A stretch of 64,000 nucleotides of DNA from a virus (Duplodnaviria; Caudoviricetes), in IMG/VR virus record IMGVR_UViG_3300033120_000983, positions 113 through 64,112 of that record; one strand, 5' to 3'. Both the position numbers and the translations under genes were made by a program. Below the pieces are notes generated by a model, which saw nothing but the letters and a program-made list of their open reading frames with translations, was not told the DNA's origin and made no database searches. How positions within the stretch are numbered: the first letter of the stretch is position 1; each line of letters opens with the position of its first letter. Shown here one piece after another: positions 54,170-62,659 of this stretch.

Positions 54170-54570
54170 GGGCGTTCGAGGGATTTGCGGTAAATGTCCA
54201 TCACGCAGGCCGTGGCGTCGTGGCTTGGAATCAAGAGTTGGTTGCGGATCCCGCCGATAAAGTTTCGAAGCTCCTGCAGTTCCCGTTTGGTCGCCTCGTG
54301 GGCGCGTCGCGCCTCGACTTCCTTCTCAATAAAAGCCTGAGTCCGGTCGGCAAGGCGCTGGTTGAGTTCCGCCTTCACTTCCGCGAGTTCGAGGGCGAGA
54401 GCGTGGTTGGTGCGCTCCAGTTGGTCGGTCGGGCGGATTTTCTCCCACGCCTTGATTATTCGGAGAACCACCAGTGGCTTATCGTCCTGTTGATAGAAAT
54501 TGTCCTCAAAAACCCAATCTTTTGTGAGGGCTCGATGAACTTGAGAGGCATGGTCAGAATTTGGAATCAT
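54166..54570 (-). CDS. Coiled-coil hypothetical protein
   Basis: Coupled overlaps. Confidence 0.6.
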   Translation of the reverse strand: MIPNSDHASQVHRALTKDWVFEDNFYQQDDKPLVVLRIIKAWEKIRPTDQLERTNHALALELAEVKAELNQRLADRTQAFIEKEVEARRAHEATKRELQELRNFIGGIRNQLLIPSHDATACVMDIYRKSLERP

Positions 54571-54806
54571 GGCTTGGAAATGAGTGAGAGTAGTTTTTCG
54601 ACCGCCGCCGCGCCTTCCTCCCGGCTACCCCGCAGGGTGCGGCGGCGCTTCCGGAAGATTTGCCCGTCGTCGGCTTCGATGGTCAGGATGGAGGAACCGG
54701 CCCGCGTGATGATGCCGGTCCGGAGGAGGATTTCGCATCGGTCGTTCCGCAGACTGATGCCGCACCACCAGACGCGCCGGCCTTCTTCAATTTGACTCAG
54801 TGTCAT
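54567..54806 (-). CDS. Small hypothetical protein
   Basis: SH3-like beta pattern. Confidence 0.55.
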   Translation of the reverse strand: MTLSQIEEGRRVWWCGISLRNDRCEILLRTGIITRAGSSILTIEADDGQIFRKRRRTLRGSREEGAAAVEKLLSLISKP

Positions 54807-55359
54807 GGGCGTTCTGTTTGAGGCCGATTCGTTCCGTGATGGAGGCGAGGACGCGCTGGATCTGCTCCGGCGACGTCAGGCCCGGGTTGTCCGTAAGCCA
54901 TGCCGCCAACTGCCCCATGCCGGCCATGTATTCCACCATCACGGCAGACCGCAGGGCTTCGATGGCTTGAGGGAATCGGGTTTCGAAGCGCATAAGGGAG
55001 GCTTCGAGCATCGATGAAAGGTGTTCGCGGAGTTGGTCGTCGGGAATGTTGCTCAGTGGCGGCCTGATTCCGAGAACCACAAACTCGTCCTTTTGCTCGA
55101 AGCGGGTGATGTAGGTGATGACCATTTGGACCGACCGGCCGGTGTAAGTTCCAAGATCTTCGCGGGATTCCTCGTCATCGTCATCGTCGTCGGTGGATTC
55201 TTCGTTATCGGTGGATTCCTCAAATGGGATATACTCCTCCAAAATAAGGAGGTCGCCGACTTGGAACTGGCGGTCGTTCCTGCGGATTTCGAATGTTTTC
55301 TCCCCGCTGAGGACTTCGTTGAAGTAGGAGGGCCAGGTTTTTAAATTGTGAGTTATCAT
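54787..55359 (-). CDS. ASCH/PUA-like (DUF3850) domain protein
   Basis: HNLKTWPSYF..V..G.KTFEIRRNDRQFQVGD.L.L.EY. Confidence 0.85.
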   Translation of the reverse strand: MITHNLKTWPSYFNEVLSGEKTFEIRRNDRQFQVGDLLILEEYIPFEESTDNEESTDDDDDDEESREDLGTYTGRSVQMVITYITRFEQKDEFVVLGIRPPLSNIPDDQLREHLSSMLEASLMRFETRFPQAIEALRSAVMVEYMAGMGQLAAWLTDNPGLTSPEQIQRVLASITERIGLKQNAHDTESN

Positions 55360-55371
55360 GGATTTTTTGAT

Positions 55372-55728
55372 TTAAAGGATTGGTTTGGCGTAGCATCGTT
55401 CTCCGTCGCTGAATTCCGCAGCCAGGATGAATCCGAGAGGTTCGTAGAATTTCGCCCCAAGCTCCACGTTCATTTTGTGGAGGGAGAGGTTGAGGCTTTT
55501 GCATCCGCGGTCCTTGGCGAATTCAAAGCATTTCTCGACCAGGAGGCTTCCGATGCCTTGGTGGCGGTGGTTTGGGTCAACGAAAAGTTGTCTCATTGAA
55601 GCCACTGCCAAGCCCTGGGCGGTTACGCCAACGCGTCCGAGGATTTTCCTCCGCGTGTCGACAATTACAAATTGCCTCTCGCGGAGGCCGTCAACGGTTA
55701 CATCGATTGATAGGGTGGTGATTGTCAT
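55372..55728 (-). CDS. GNAT acetyltransferase
   Basis: LFVDPNHRHQGIGSLL (motif A), FYEPLGF. Confidence 0.85.
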   Translation of the reverse strand: MTITTLSIDVTVDGLRERQFVIVDTRRKILGRVGVTAQGLAVASMRQLFVDPNHRHQGIGSLLVEKCFEFAKDRGCKSLNLSLHKMNVELGAKFYEPLGFILAAEFSDGERCYAKPIL

Positions 55729-55814
55729 GGCTTTGGGAAGGTTGGGTTCCCGGCCCTTCCTGCTGAGTCAGGGTGCCGGGAGGCCGCAGGCAAACAGTGC
55801 CGGCGGAAATGGTT

Positions 55815-56243
55815 TTAGAAGCGCTTTCCCCCATGCTTGTAGGAGCGGGTCGCATTGAATTCCATTTTGGCCTTAATGGCTTCCCCGACATTCAGGCCAC
55901 GGGCTTCGGAGAAATCCATGATTCGGATGATGACGTCGGCGAGTTCCGCAGAGGCACCGGAGAACTCCGGGATTTTGTCGTCGGGGGGATTACCTGCCCG
56001 CATGGCTTCAAGCGCCTCAGATAGCTCGGAGTGCATCAGGGCGACGGCTTGGGCGTCCCTCATTCCGGCGATGGCGGCGGTTTCGTCCTTCAAGCCATCC
56101 CACCATCCTTTTTCTTTGGCGGTGGTGTGGACTTGGCGGGCGACTGCATTGTAAGCGGTGGTGAAGGAGTCGCGTTCAAACTCCTCGTAGCCTTCGCGCT
56201 CGGTTTCGTGGGTGTCTTCGGGGATTGATTCTGGAGTGCTCAT
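55815..56243 (-). CDS. MazG-like NTP pyrophosphohydrolase
   Basis: ALMHSELSEALE...ELADVIIRIMD...KM.FN..R.YKHGGK. Confidence 0.85.
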   Translation of the reverse strand: MSTPESIPEDTHETEREGYEEFERDSFTTAYNAVARQVHTTAKEKGWWDGLKDETAAIAGMRDAQAVALMHSELSEALEAMRAGNPPDDKIPEFSGASAELADVIIRIMDFSEARGLNVGEAIKAKMEFNATRSYKHGGKRF

Positions 56244-56275
56244 AGTTTCGACGGTTTGGTTTTTGGGTGAAAGTT

Positions 56276-56704
56276 TCAGTAACGGCGGCGGACCACCGCG
56301 GCAAGGTCGCCCAAATCCTCAAGGGCAACATCCAGTTCCGCGCTCAGTTGCACGTCGGTCTTGTGATAGGTGTTCCGGCCATGAAACAGCCGGATTTCGA
56401 GCACCCGCTGCTCTGATTCGGAATACGAACTGAGACGCCTTTGGCTCGGGAACACCGCAGACTTCATCGTCTCCTCCCAATTGATCGGTGCCCGCGGCGT
56501 GTTCTGGTAAACGGGATGCTCGTCCGCGTCGTCGGAATGCTCCGCCTCCGCAGCTTCCGCTTTCAGGCGCGACGCCTCAAGCAGTTCCCGCACGCGGTCC
56601 GGCGGCAGGGGTTTGTTGACGCCGCGGCCAACGACGGGCGCGTAGCCGGGGCTCGCGTGCAGCGGGCGGTTTCTTTCGATTCGGGATTTTTCGGATGGCT
56701 TCAT
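56276..56704 (-). CDS. Hypothetical protein
   Basis: Coupled ORF. Confidence 0.55.
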   Translation of the reverse strand: MKPSEKSRIERNRPLHASPGYAPVVGRGVNKPLPPDRVRELLEASRLKAEAAEAEHSDDADEHPVYQNTPRAPINWEETMKSAVFPSQRRLSSYSESEQRVLEIRLFHGRNTYHKTDVQLSAELDVALEDLGDLAAVVRRRY

Positions 56705-56931
56705 TCAGGTTTTGGGTATGATGGGGTTCTGGGGGTAGTGCGGGTGATGATGGCGGGAACTTCAACGACTCCGAAAATGAGATCGGCAAGTTGGCCTTCG
56801 CTCAATTCCATGTGGACGGATCCAAGGGTATGGGACCGCATTTCAATCCGGATTACTCCGCTGCTTGAGCGTCCCAGCGTGAGAGAGCACCGTCCTTCTC
56901 GTTTCAAGGCTTCGACTTCTGGACGGATCAT
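56701..56931 (-). CDS. Small hypothetical protein
   Basis: ATGA overlaps on both sides. Confidence 0.55.
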   Translation of the reverse strand: MIRPEVEALKREGRCSLTLGRSSSGVIRIEMRSHTLGSVHMELSEGQLADLIFGVVEVPAIITRTTPRTPSYPKPE

Positions 56932-57176
56932 AGGAGGCTGAGTTGTTGAGGGTGGTCGATAGTTTTGGCGAGTTCAGCGAAGGAGAATACCCACTCGCGG
57001 GAAAGCATCGGCACGCTGATTCTTCCATGGCTGATCGAGTAGGAAACTCCGTAGGTGCTGCTCCGCCCCATGTTGATTTCACGCGCGGCATCGGCGACCG
57101 AATAACCTTTTGCCACCATGCGGCGGACATAGATCCGGGCGAGAAGGCGGGCGAGATCGGCGTCGATGGCAATCAT
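56928..57176 (-). CDS. Small HTH protein
   Basis: GYSVADAAREINMGRSSTY. Confidence 0.6.
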   Translation of the reverse strand: MIAIDADLARLLARIYVRRMVAKGYSVADAAREINMGRSSTYGVSYSISHGRISVPMLSREWVFSFAELAKTIDHPQQLSLL

Positions 57177-57649
57177 TTCGCGTCAGGGGTTGCGCTGTAG
57201 AGCGAGCATCCCGCCCGGAATGCACTGGCGACCGCCAACGCTGCCCAAACGTCCCCGCTGATCCCGAACGTAGGCCCGGGCGTCGCCTTCCGCCCCGCCG
57301 GCCCGTAAAGGTCGATCAAGGCCTGGCGGATGTTCGCATCCGTAGCCCGAGCACTGTGGCAAATCGTGCTTTTGACTTGGATCCGCGTTACCCGCTTCAT
57401 CGTCGGGAAAAGCTGCGTCAGGCGGCCGATGAAAACGCACGTCTCGAACACTTCGCGCCCCACTGGCATCCCGTAGCTGGCGATCATTTCACAGATAACG
57501 TCGGGCTGATACTCCTCCCGTGCGTGCAGCATCCAAGGGATGAATTCGTCGTTTGGTAGGTAGCAGAAGTTTGCGATTCCGCGGGCGGTGACGACTACGC
57601 CGGCGCTGTGGGTGTTTCCGGGGTCAATCCCAAGGGTGTTTGGCTGCAT
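57173..57649 (-). CDS. RuvC-like Holliday junction resolvase
   Basis: LGIDPG, VICEMIASYGMPVG, K.TIC...A.DANIRQALID, DVWAALAVA. Confidence 0.85.
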   Translation of the reverse strand: MQPNTLGIDPGNTHSAGVVVTARGIANFCYLPNDEFIPWMLHAREEYQPDVICEMIASYGMPVGREVFETCVFIGRLTQLFPTMKRVTRIQVKSTICHSARATDANIRQALIDLYGPAGRKATPGPTFGISGDVWAALAVASAFRAGCSLYSATPDAK

Positions 57650-58026
57650 CAGGCGTCCCCCCTCTCTTTCGCGCACGATTCGCACTGGCAACGATCCATC
57701 ACGGCAATCACCTTCATGCCCTCCACGATGGCCGTAACCCATGCTTCCCGGTGATCGGGCACCACTTGCTTCAATCCTTTCTTGATGGCCAGGCAGGTCT
57801 TTTCCCATGAGCGCATTGCACTCACGGCCGCGGCTTCGCTCGGTCCGCCGGGCTGGTCGGTGGTGGCGTAGATGCGCTGGCGGAGGGTCTGCGCGACCTG
57901 CTCAATCTGGAGCGAAAATTCCTCCAGGTGCGCATTGCGTTTTTGCGCCTCCTCCTGCTTTTGGGTGAAAATGCGGCGGAGGACGTCGGGAAGCCCTTCG
58001 GGTTCTTGATTTGGGTCGTTGCTCAT
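57649..58026 (-). CDS. Hypothetical protein
   Basis: Start MSNDPN follows leader motif 58031-58045; TGATG overlap. Confidence 0.65.
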   Translation of the reverse strand: MSNDPNQEPEGLPDVLRRIFTQKQEEAQKRNAHLEEFSLQIEQVAQTLRQRIYATTDQPGGPSEAAAVSAMRSWEKTCLAIKKGLKQVVPDHREAWVTAIVEGMKVIAVMDRCQCESCAKERGDA

Positions 58027-58251
58027 AGTTTTGACGGTTTTGGTTGTGGGGTGAATTTCAGGAATCGGCTCTGGCCGGCTTCTTTGGCCGCCCTCCTTTT
58101 TTGCCATCCTCGCGGCTTTTCTGCCCATTGCGGCGGCTGGCTTCTTGCTGGGCGGGAGTGTTCTTTGCGCGCCCAAGGGATCCGAGTTGCTGTGCGGCTG
58201 GGTTTTTCATGGCGGCATTCCAATACCCCGAGCGCTCGGCGTTTGCAACTT

Positions 58252-59961
58252 TTAAAAGGAAGAATCTTCCGACTGGCCATCGTTGAGATTTTGGAGCGCG
58301 ATCATCTTCTTTCGAATGTTGGCGACCATTTTTTCAGTCATCCCGCCGCGCACCACGGGGAAATATTGGTGGCTCTTCGATTTCCCTCCCACGCGGTCAA
58401 CGCGGCCTATGCCTTGCACCATCTTCACCACGTCGTCGGTCGGGAATATGAAGGCAATTCGAGGACGCCAGCCGTTTATGTCGTGGAGGCTGACGGAGGC
58501 CCCGCCGGATTTGATATTGGAAATCATGATGTGTTCCCGGTCCGCCTGGAACTCCCGGATGTAGTAGGAACGGCGCTCCTTCGGCATCCCGCCGTAGATG
58601 CCGGCCCGGGTTCCCAGCGCCTTCATCAACGCCTCGCGGGAGGCATTGAAGTTCATGAACACGGCGACGGATTTACCCTCAATGACGTGCTGTCGGATGA
58701 TTTTGGCGAGGGGGGGAACCAAAACCATTTCGCAACGCTGCCATGTTGCCATGCGTGCCCGTGCCCGCATACCCATGATTACCGACGCCGGTTTGCTTCC
58801 CTGTCGTTCGATGCGGGCGATGGTGTCGAGGGAATCTCTCCACATGGATTCAATTTCCGCCGCCTCCGGAACGTCGAATGGCATGACGGAGATTTCTGTT
58901 TCGGGGCACTCGTCACCAAGGTCTTGCTTCCGGACCCGGCAACCACGGTAGGGGAAAAGCCGGGCGTTGATCTTTTGAAGGTGACGGAGGTCTTTGTCCC
59001 AATGGAAGGGGCCGTCCTTCGTTTTCCGGTGGCACCCGTGGTTTATCAGAAACCGGTTCCAGTCATCGCCGCCTTGGTGAAGTCCGATGATCCGACCGGC
59101 AAAGCGGAATTCGAGCGGTGATACGGCGACCGAAGCTGAAGCGCCGATCATGGCAACTTTTTGCCGGATGGCGGCGGAAAAGCACCGCACCGTAAGGGTT
59201 GAGTCATGACGGCATGCCTGGAGCTCATCTGCTATCATCACAAAATCCCGAGGGTTCAGCCATTCGAAATCACCCGAAGAGTTTTGCTTGGCGATGTGGG
59301 GACGCCATCCTCCACGGAGCGATTCGTAGGTCTCCAAAAAATAGGGCACCGCGCCCATGAGGTTAAAGGCTGCAATCCATCCGTCGCGCCCGGCCGGCGG
59401 GCAGATAACGCCGACCTTTTTCCCGGTCGCGAGGGCGGCCGCCAACGTCTGGTAGGTCTTTCCGGTGCCGGTGTCCGAGAAATCTACTGCCCCAGGGTAG
59501 GACCATTCCGCATTGCCGCGGCGAAGCGCGCGGAATAGCTGGCGTGCTGGCTGCACCTGATAAGCGCGAAGGAACTTTTCCAGCCCGCCCGGCAGTGGGT
59601 CGAATTCACTTACCTGTGCCTCCAGCGCAAGCTCTGCGGTGCGCAGATGCGGCGCCATGGCGGCGGCGAGGGTAGCGGCTCCGTCGGGGGTCAGCGTATA
59701 GGCCCCGGGTGTTCCGGAAAGCCATTGAAATAACGAAAACTTCCCGTCGGCCTTCCGGTATGCGAAGCCGCGCTGCAGGAGTGTCAGCTTGTGGGTGCGG
59801 ACCCACATCAGGAATTTGTTTTCGAGCGTCCACGGAATCTCGACGGCTCGATACCAGACTTTGTTTCCGCCGATCCACCGTTCCCACGGTTTGAGCATGG
59901 TGAGGTCGCCGGGGAGCGCGGGGGGATTTATGTCCGGCACGGCCGGTAGGGTTGCGGTCAT
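58252..59961 (-). CDS. SF2 (SNF2-like) DNA helicase
   Basis: DTGTGKT, ADELQ, SAS, AVFMNF, SGGASVSL, QGIGRVDR. Confidence 0.88.
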   Translation of the reverse strand: MTATLPAVPDINPPALPGDLTMLKPWERWIGGNKVWYRAVEIPWTLENKFLMWVRTHKLTLLQRGFAYRKADGKFSLFQWLSGTPGAYTLTPDGAATLAAAMAPHLRTAELALEAQVSEFDPLPGGLEKFLRAYQVQPARQLFRALRRGNAEWSYPGAVDFSDTGTGKTYQTLAAALATGKKVGVICPPAGRDGWIAAFNLMGAVPYFLETYESLRGGWRPHIAKQNSSGDFEWLNPRDFVMIADELQACRHDSTLTVRCFSAAIRQKVAMIGASASVAVSPLEFRFAGRIIGLHQGGDDWNRFLINHGCHRKTKDGPFHWDKDLRHLQKINARLFPYRGCRVRKQDLGDECPETEISVMPFDVPEAAEIESMWRDSLDTIARIERQGSKPASVIMGMRARARMATWQRCEMVLVPPLAKIIRQHVIEGKSVAVFMNFNASREALMKALGTRAGIYGGMPKERRSYYIREFQADREHIMISNIKSGGASVSLHDINGWRPRIAFIFPTDDVVKMVQGIGRVDRVGGKSKSHQYFPVVRGGMTEKMVANIRKKMIALQNLNDGQSEDSSF

Positions 59962-60131
59962 GGTTTTTGCTCAAACGATTCACATTCCTCAGCGAAACTG
60001 ATTTCGATTTCCCTCATTTCGTCATCTGGCCAGTGAGCCCACGACTCGTGGTCGCAACGGATTTTTCCGGGAGCCTTAATCGGGCCACAGGAACGGCAAT
60101 TCGTGCAGGATTTTTCAGGGGTGGTGCTCAT
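59958..60131 (-). CDS. Small Cys-rich protein (57 aa)
   Basis: Manual translation MSTTPEKSCTNC...C...CESF; ATGA overlap with the helicase. Confidence 0.55.
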   Translation of the reverse strand: MSTTPEKSCTNCRSCGPIKAPGKIRCDHESWAHWPDDEMREIEISFAEECESFEQKP

Positions 60132-60146
60132 TGGTTTGGATGGAGC

Positions 60147-60593
60147 CTAATTTCCGAGAAAGAGGGGGCCGGATGGCGCGAGAGATTCAATATCGTAGCC
60201 GATCCGCTCCATGACGGTTTTCCCGCCGGGGGTGACGACGTGAGCGAGGAATTCTTCATCAAAACTGCTGATGCCGACTTCGACGGCTTCAATCTTCGCT
60301 TTGATGCAGAGCAAAAGCGCTCGCCAGCGGGAGCGGATGACTTGGTTGTAAGCGGACTGCGCTTCGGCCTTGTTGCGAATTTTCTTCGAAGGCGTGAAGG
60401 CGATTTCCGGGTCGTTGAGATTCGGCAGCGGCACCGTGAAGCGGATCCGGCGGTTGTTGAGTTGAAAGGCGATCATTGATCGGCCTGGCTCGTCCATGGT
60501 GCCGTAGGCGGATGCGCCGGCTTTCATGAGGAGACCTTTGATTTCGGCTTGGGTGACGTGTTCGGAGACGTCTGTTTTTGCGGCGTAGGCCAT
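60147..60593 (-). CDS. Conserved phage hypothetical protein
   Basis: YA..T.VS.....EI..LL...RWRALLLCIKAKIEAVE.GI..F.EEFL family. Confidence 0.8.
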   Translation of the reverse strand: MAYAAKTDVSEHVTQAEIKGLLMKAGASAYGTMDEPGRSMIAFQLNNRRIRFTVPLPNLNDPEIAFTPSKKIRNKAEAQSAYNQVIRSRWRALLLCIKAKIEAVEVGISSFDEEFLAHVVTPGGKTVMERIGYDIESLAPSGPLFLGN

Positions 60594-60686
60594 GACGGTT
60601 TTGGTTTGGGTGGTGGTGCCCGGCGAAAACGCCCTTCATCAGGGAATGTTTCCGCCGGGCTTGGATTCCGGCAACAAATGAGAGGG

Positions 60687-61115
60687 TTATTTTGCGGGCT
60701 TTGCCTTTTTGACGTTCCCGTCTGGCATAGGCTCCCAATTGATCCCGACGGTTTTCAGGATTTTAATAGCTTCTTCCGGTGTGGCGGCGGCAACGCGGCG
60801 GCAGGCTTCGTAGAAGGTGATTTTTTCGACGATTGCAGGGAAATTCCCCCCAGCTTTTGTGAAAGCCTTTTCGTCGTAAATCTTAACTCCGTTTCCGTCA
60901 CGGTTAAGGCCATATTCAAGCCGAAGGGTGTCGCTGATGGTGGCAGCTTCATGGGAAAGCTTGCGTTCTTTTTCCAGTAAACGACGAAGCTTGATATTTT
61001 TGGCGACCATAGCCTCGGCGGCGGCGGCTTGAGCTTTGCGTTCGGCGGTGTAATCCCGCGAGGTTTCAGGGAGTGCGGAGCGGAGCGCAGCGCGAAGGAT
61101 GGAATCGATTTTCAT
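60687..61115 (-). CDS. Hypothetical protein
   Basis: Leader-motif variant at 61117. Confidence 0.6.
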   Translation of the reverse strand: MKIDSILRAALRSALPETSRDYTAERKAQAAAAEAMVAKNIKLRRLLEKERKLSHEAATISDTLRLEYGLNRDGNGVKIYDEKAFTKAGGNFPAIVEKITFYEACRRVAAATPEEAIKILKTVGINWEPMPDGNVKKAKPAK

Positions 61116-61181
61116 AACGGTTTTGTTTGGAAGTGCCGGGGGGAAGCCCGCCCCGGCTCGGGTTTGTTTTGATGCGGTCGA

Positions 61182-62042
61182 TTATTCGGCGCTGGCTTCC
61201 TTGCTGGCGTCCCATCCGCGGAGCCAGTCAGCGGCTTCAGTGGAGCCCTCGGGGTATCCACAGTCCTCGCGGGAGGCCCCGGAGTCGTAGGCATCCCATC
61301 CGTTCACGTAGGTCGGGCTTTCGATCTTTTCGTGATCGGGTTCCGGCGCGGGGTCATTGATCGGCGGGCCGTCCCCAATGTCCAAATCAAGGTCAAGGTC
61401 CAGCGCGCCGCCGTCCTCGGACTCAGCCTGCTCGCCTTCCTGCGGCGGCGTCTCGTGGAGCAAGGCGAGGTCCATCTGGCGGTCGTGGTCCGAGATTTTC
61501 GCCACCGACACGACTTCGCCCGTCTCGTCCCGGATTAAAGCCTTCATCTCCGGATGGTAGATTTCTTGCCCGAACTCGTCTTTGCCGGAGCACTCGAATA
61601 CCCACGTGCAGGGAACCATCTTCTCGCGGCCGCCCTCGGCAAGCCGGCTGGAGTAGTCGGACAGTTCCTTGTCGAGGTCGTCGATAGATGACTGGTGGCG
61701 CGCGGCGGTGTTTTTCTTCTCGGCGCGGATATCTTCCCGTCGGCTGATGACCTTTCCCATTTCGTCGGCCATTTCAGCGCGCTCCTCAGTGGTGAACTTC
61801 ACATTGACGCTGCGGCGTTCGGTGTGGACCGGCCATTTGGAGGTGCGGCCGGTTTCGGCGGGCATCTGTTCTTCCGTGAGGTCGAGATTTTCCAGCGTCG
61901 TCGGCGTGCCGGTGTCGGGAATCGCGTTATCGTCGGCTTGGCCGGAGGAGGGTTTGGGCTCCGGGGATGGAGCGATTGTCTCGGCCGGGATTTCTCCGGG
62001 GGCGAGGGCTGCGGGGTTTTTTGTGCGTCGTTTGGTGGCCAT
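61182..62042 (-). CDS. Phage protein with C-terminal ribosome-modulation-factor-like motif
   Basis: Central helical hairpin; ends YVNGWDAYDSG..REDCGY......WLRGW. Confidence 0.65.
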   Translation of the reverse strand: MATKRRTKNPAALAPGEIPAETIAPSPEPKPSSGQADDNAIPDTGTPTTLENLDLTEEQMPAETGRTSKWPVHTERRSVNVKFTTEERAEMADEMGKVISRREDIRAEKKNTAARHQSSIDDLDKELSDYSSRLAEGGREKMVPCTWVFECSGKDEFGQEIYHPEMKALIRDETGEVVSVAKISDHDRQMDLALLHETPPQEGEQAESEDGGALDLDLDLDIGDGPPINDPAPEPDHEKIESPTYVNGWDAYDSGASREDCGYPEGSTEAADWLRGWDASKEASAE

Positions 62043-62083
62043 GATGGGCGGTGTTCTGGTTTTGGTTGGGTTCGGGGAGAGAG

Positions 62084-62431
62084 TTATCGGACGAGGGAAG
62101 CTAATTCCTGCACCTGTTTCTGGATGGACGCTTGGAGTTCAGCTATCCGATTTTGCCGTGCGGTTTCCGCCTCTTGCTCAAGGCGCGCTGCTTTATGCTC
62201 GGGGGTTTCGCTGGGGATGGCTGAGAAAAACCTGTCTCCCTTTCCGTTTGGCTGCACGGTCATAGGGTCGAATCCCATCCGTGCTCCAAGTCGCGCCCAG
62301 GCCGCATTGGCGTTTTCCTGTTGGCTGCTTGGAGCCATTCCCCAGATGATTATCATGGGGACAGGTTTCATGGATTCAAGAAGATCGGCCAAATCGGCCT
62401 CGGTCATTTCGTAGTTTGTTCGCGGATACAT
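62084..62431 (-). CDS. Conserved hypothetical protein
   Basis: PVPMI...S.QENANAAW..LG..MGFD..TV motif. Confidence 0.7.
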   Translation of the reverse strand: MYPRTNYEMTEADLADLLESMKPVPMIIIWGMAPSSQQENANAAWARLGARMGFDPMTVQPNGKGDRFFSAIPSETPEHKAARLEQEAETARQNRIAELQASIQKQVQELASLVR

Positions 62432-62466
62432 TGTTTTGACGGTTTGGTTTTAGATGGGAGTAAAAT

Positions 62467-62637
62467 TCAATCTTTGATGAATTCGTCGGTCTTGTTGGAG
62501 GCGATCCCCTCACTCAGCGCGACCGTGCCTTGATCGACGCAGGCCATGCAATGAGGGTGGCAGTTATTACTAAGCCACTTCATCAGCGGTTTGGCGGCTT
62601 CAAGCATTTCGGCGGACTGTGTTTGTGTTATTGTCAT
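62467..62637 (-). CDS. Small conserved phage protein (56 aa)
   Basis: Manual translation ...AAKPLMKWLSNNCHPHC...EG...T.EF..D. Confidence 0.6.
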   Translation of the reverse strand: MTITQTQSAEMLEAAKPLMKWLSNNCHPHCMACVDQGTVALSEGIASNKTDEFIKD

Positions 62638-62659
62638 GGCGGGTTGGGTTGTGGGAGAG

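Noticed and set aside
58023-58280. Basic 85-aa ORF between the helicase and the 58026 gene
   Set aside because: No motif, no leader motif, and it overlaps both neighbours; cannot be supported.
60606-60660. Hairpin followed by ACCA as another tRNA minihelix
   Set aside because: The ACCA is part of the C/A-rich leader that precedes many genes; listed with the intergenic hairpins instead.
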